Made by a program: the position numbers and the translations under genes. A stretch of 63,459 nt of DNA, the filler included, from Octopus bimaculoides (taxonomy: Eukaryota): NCBI RefSeq assembly GCF_001194135.2. It is 10 parts of 10 records of this genome, joined end to end, with 100 filler letters (N's around TTAATTAATTAA, not from the genome) between each part and the next. Parts side by side here need not be neighbours in the genome. Positions count along the whole stretch, not along the records: positions 62,060 to 63,459 come from NW_026402537.1; 9 more parts are not named here. One strand, written 5' to 3'. Below are positions 63,346 through 63,459 of the stretch, piece by piece. The notes under the pieces were generated by a model. It did no database searches and was not told the DNA's origin. It was given only the letters and a program-made list of their open reading frames with translations. Positions within the stretch are counted from its first letter, which is position 1. Every line of letters begins with the position of its first letter.

Positions 63346-63459
63346 AGTTGTCTCTCTCTTGCACTGATCCTGCCTATTGACAGGTTGATGCCTGTTCATT
63401 CATTCAGCATCTCATGATATTCACTACTGACTCAGTAAGTTCATCTATTGAAATAGTTC

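Overview
Eukaryotic, AT-rich, microsatellite-dense, gappy scaffold. The SINE families and the (CA)n/(TA)n/(TACA)n/(GATA)n/(CAT)n/(AAT)n load point to a coleoid cephalopod, probably Octopus; this is an inference, not a database match. No host protein-coding gene can be called with confidence, and nearly all ORFs in the supplied track are translated microsatellites or span N gaps. The window is a graveyard of mobile DNA: at least three tRNA-derived SINE families; RTE, R4/Dong and L1/Tx1 LINE fragments; two Penelope-like elements (PLEs); a CsRN1-type Gypsy element (LTR, tRNA-Trp PBS, gag, protease, RT); a second LTR remnant with a tRNA-Ser PBS; two mariner remnants; a hAT MITE with an 8-bp TSD; and Helitron-like ends. 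The most interesting signals are: (1) several minimal hammerhead-ribozyme motifs of PLE type, one near-intact and just downstream of a Pol III B-box (possible ribozyme-bearing SINE); (2) a PLE ORF with a ~250-aa in-frame Asn/Ser/Gly insert, broken by one homopolymer frameshift; (3) R4/Dong pieces abutting (AAT)n tracts; (4) a G GGA AAC -1 frameshift signal at the Gypsy gag/pol junction; (5) tandem U5+PBS copies; and (6) a tentative minus-strand spliced gene (26.35-26.8 kb) with a TATA/M-box/CCAAT promoter-like cluster at ~29.0-29.3 kb. Nine N44-TTAATTAATTAA-N44 blocks are assembly linkers, so adjacency across them is not guaranteed. Alignments and identities were judged by eye.
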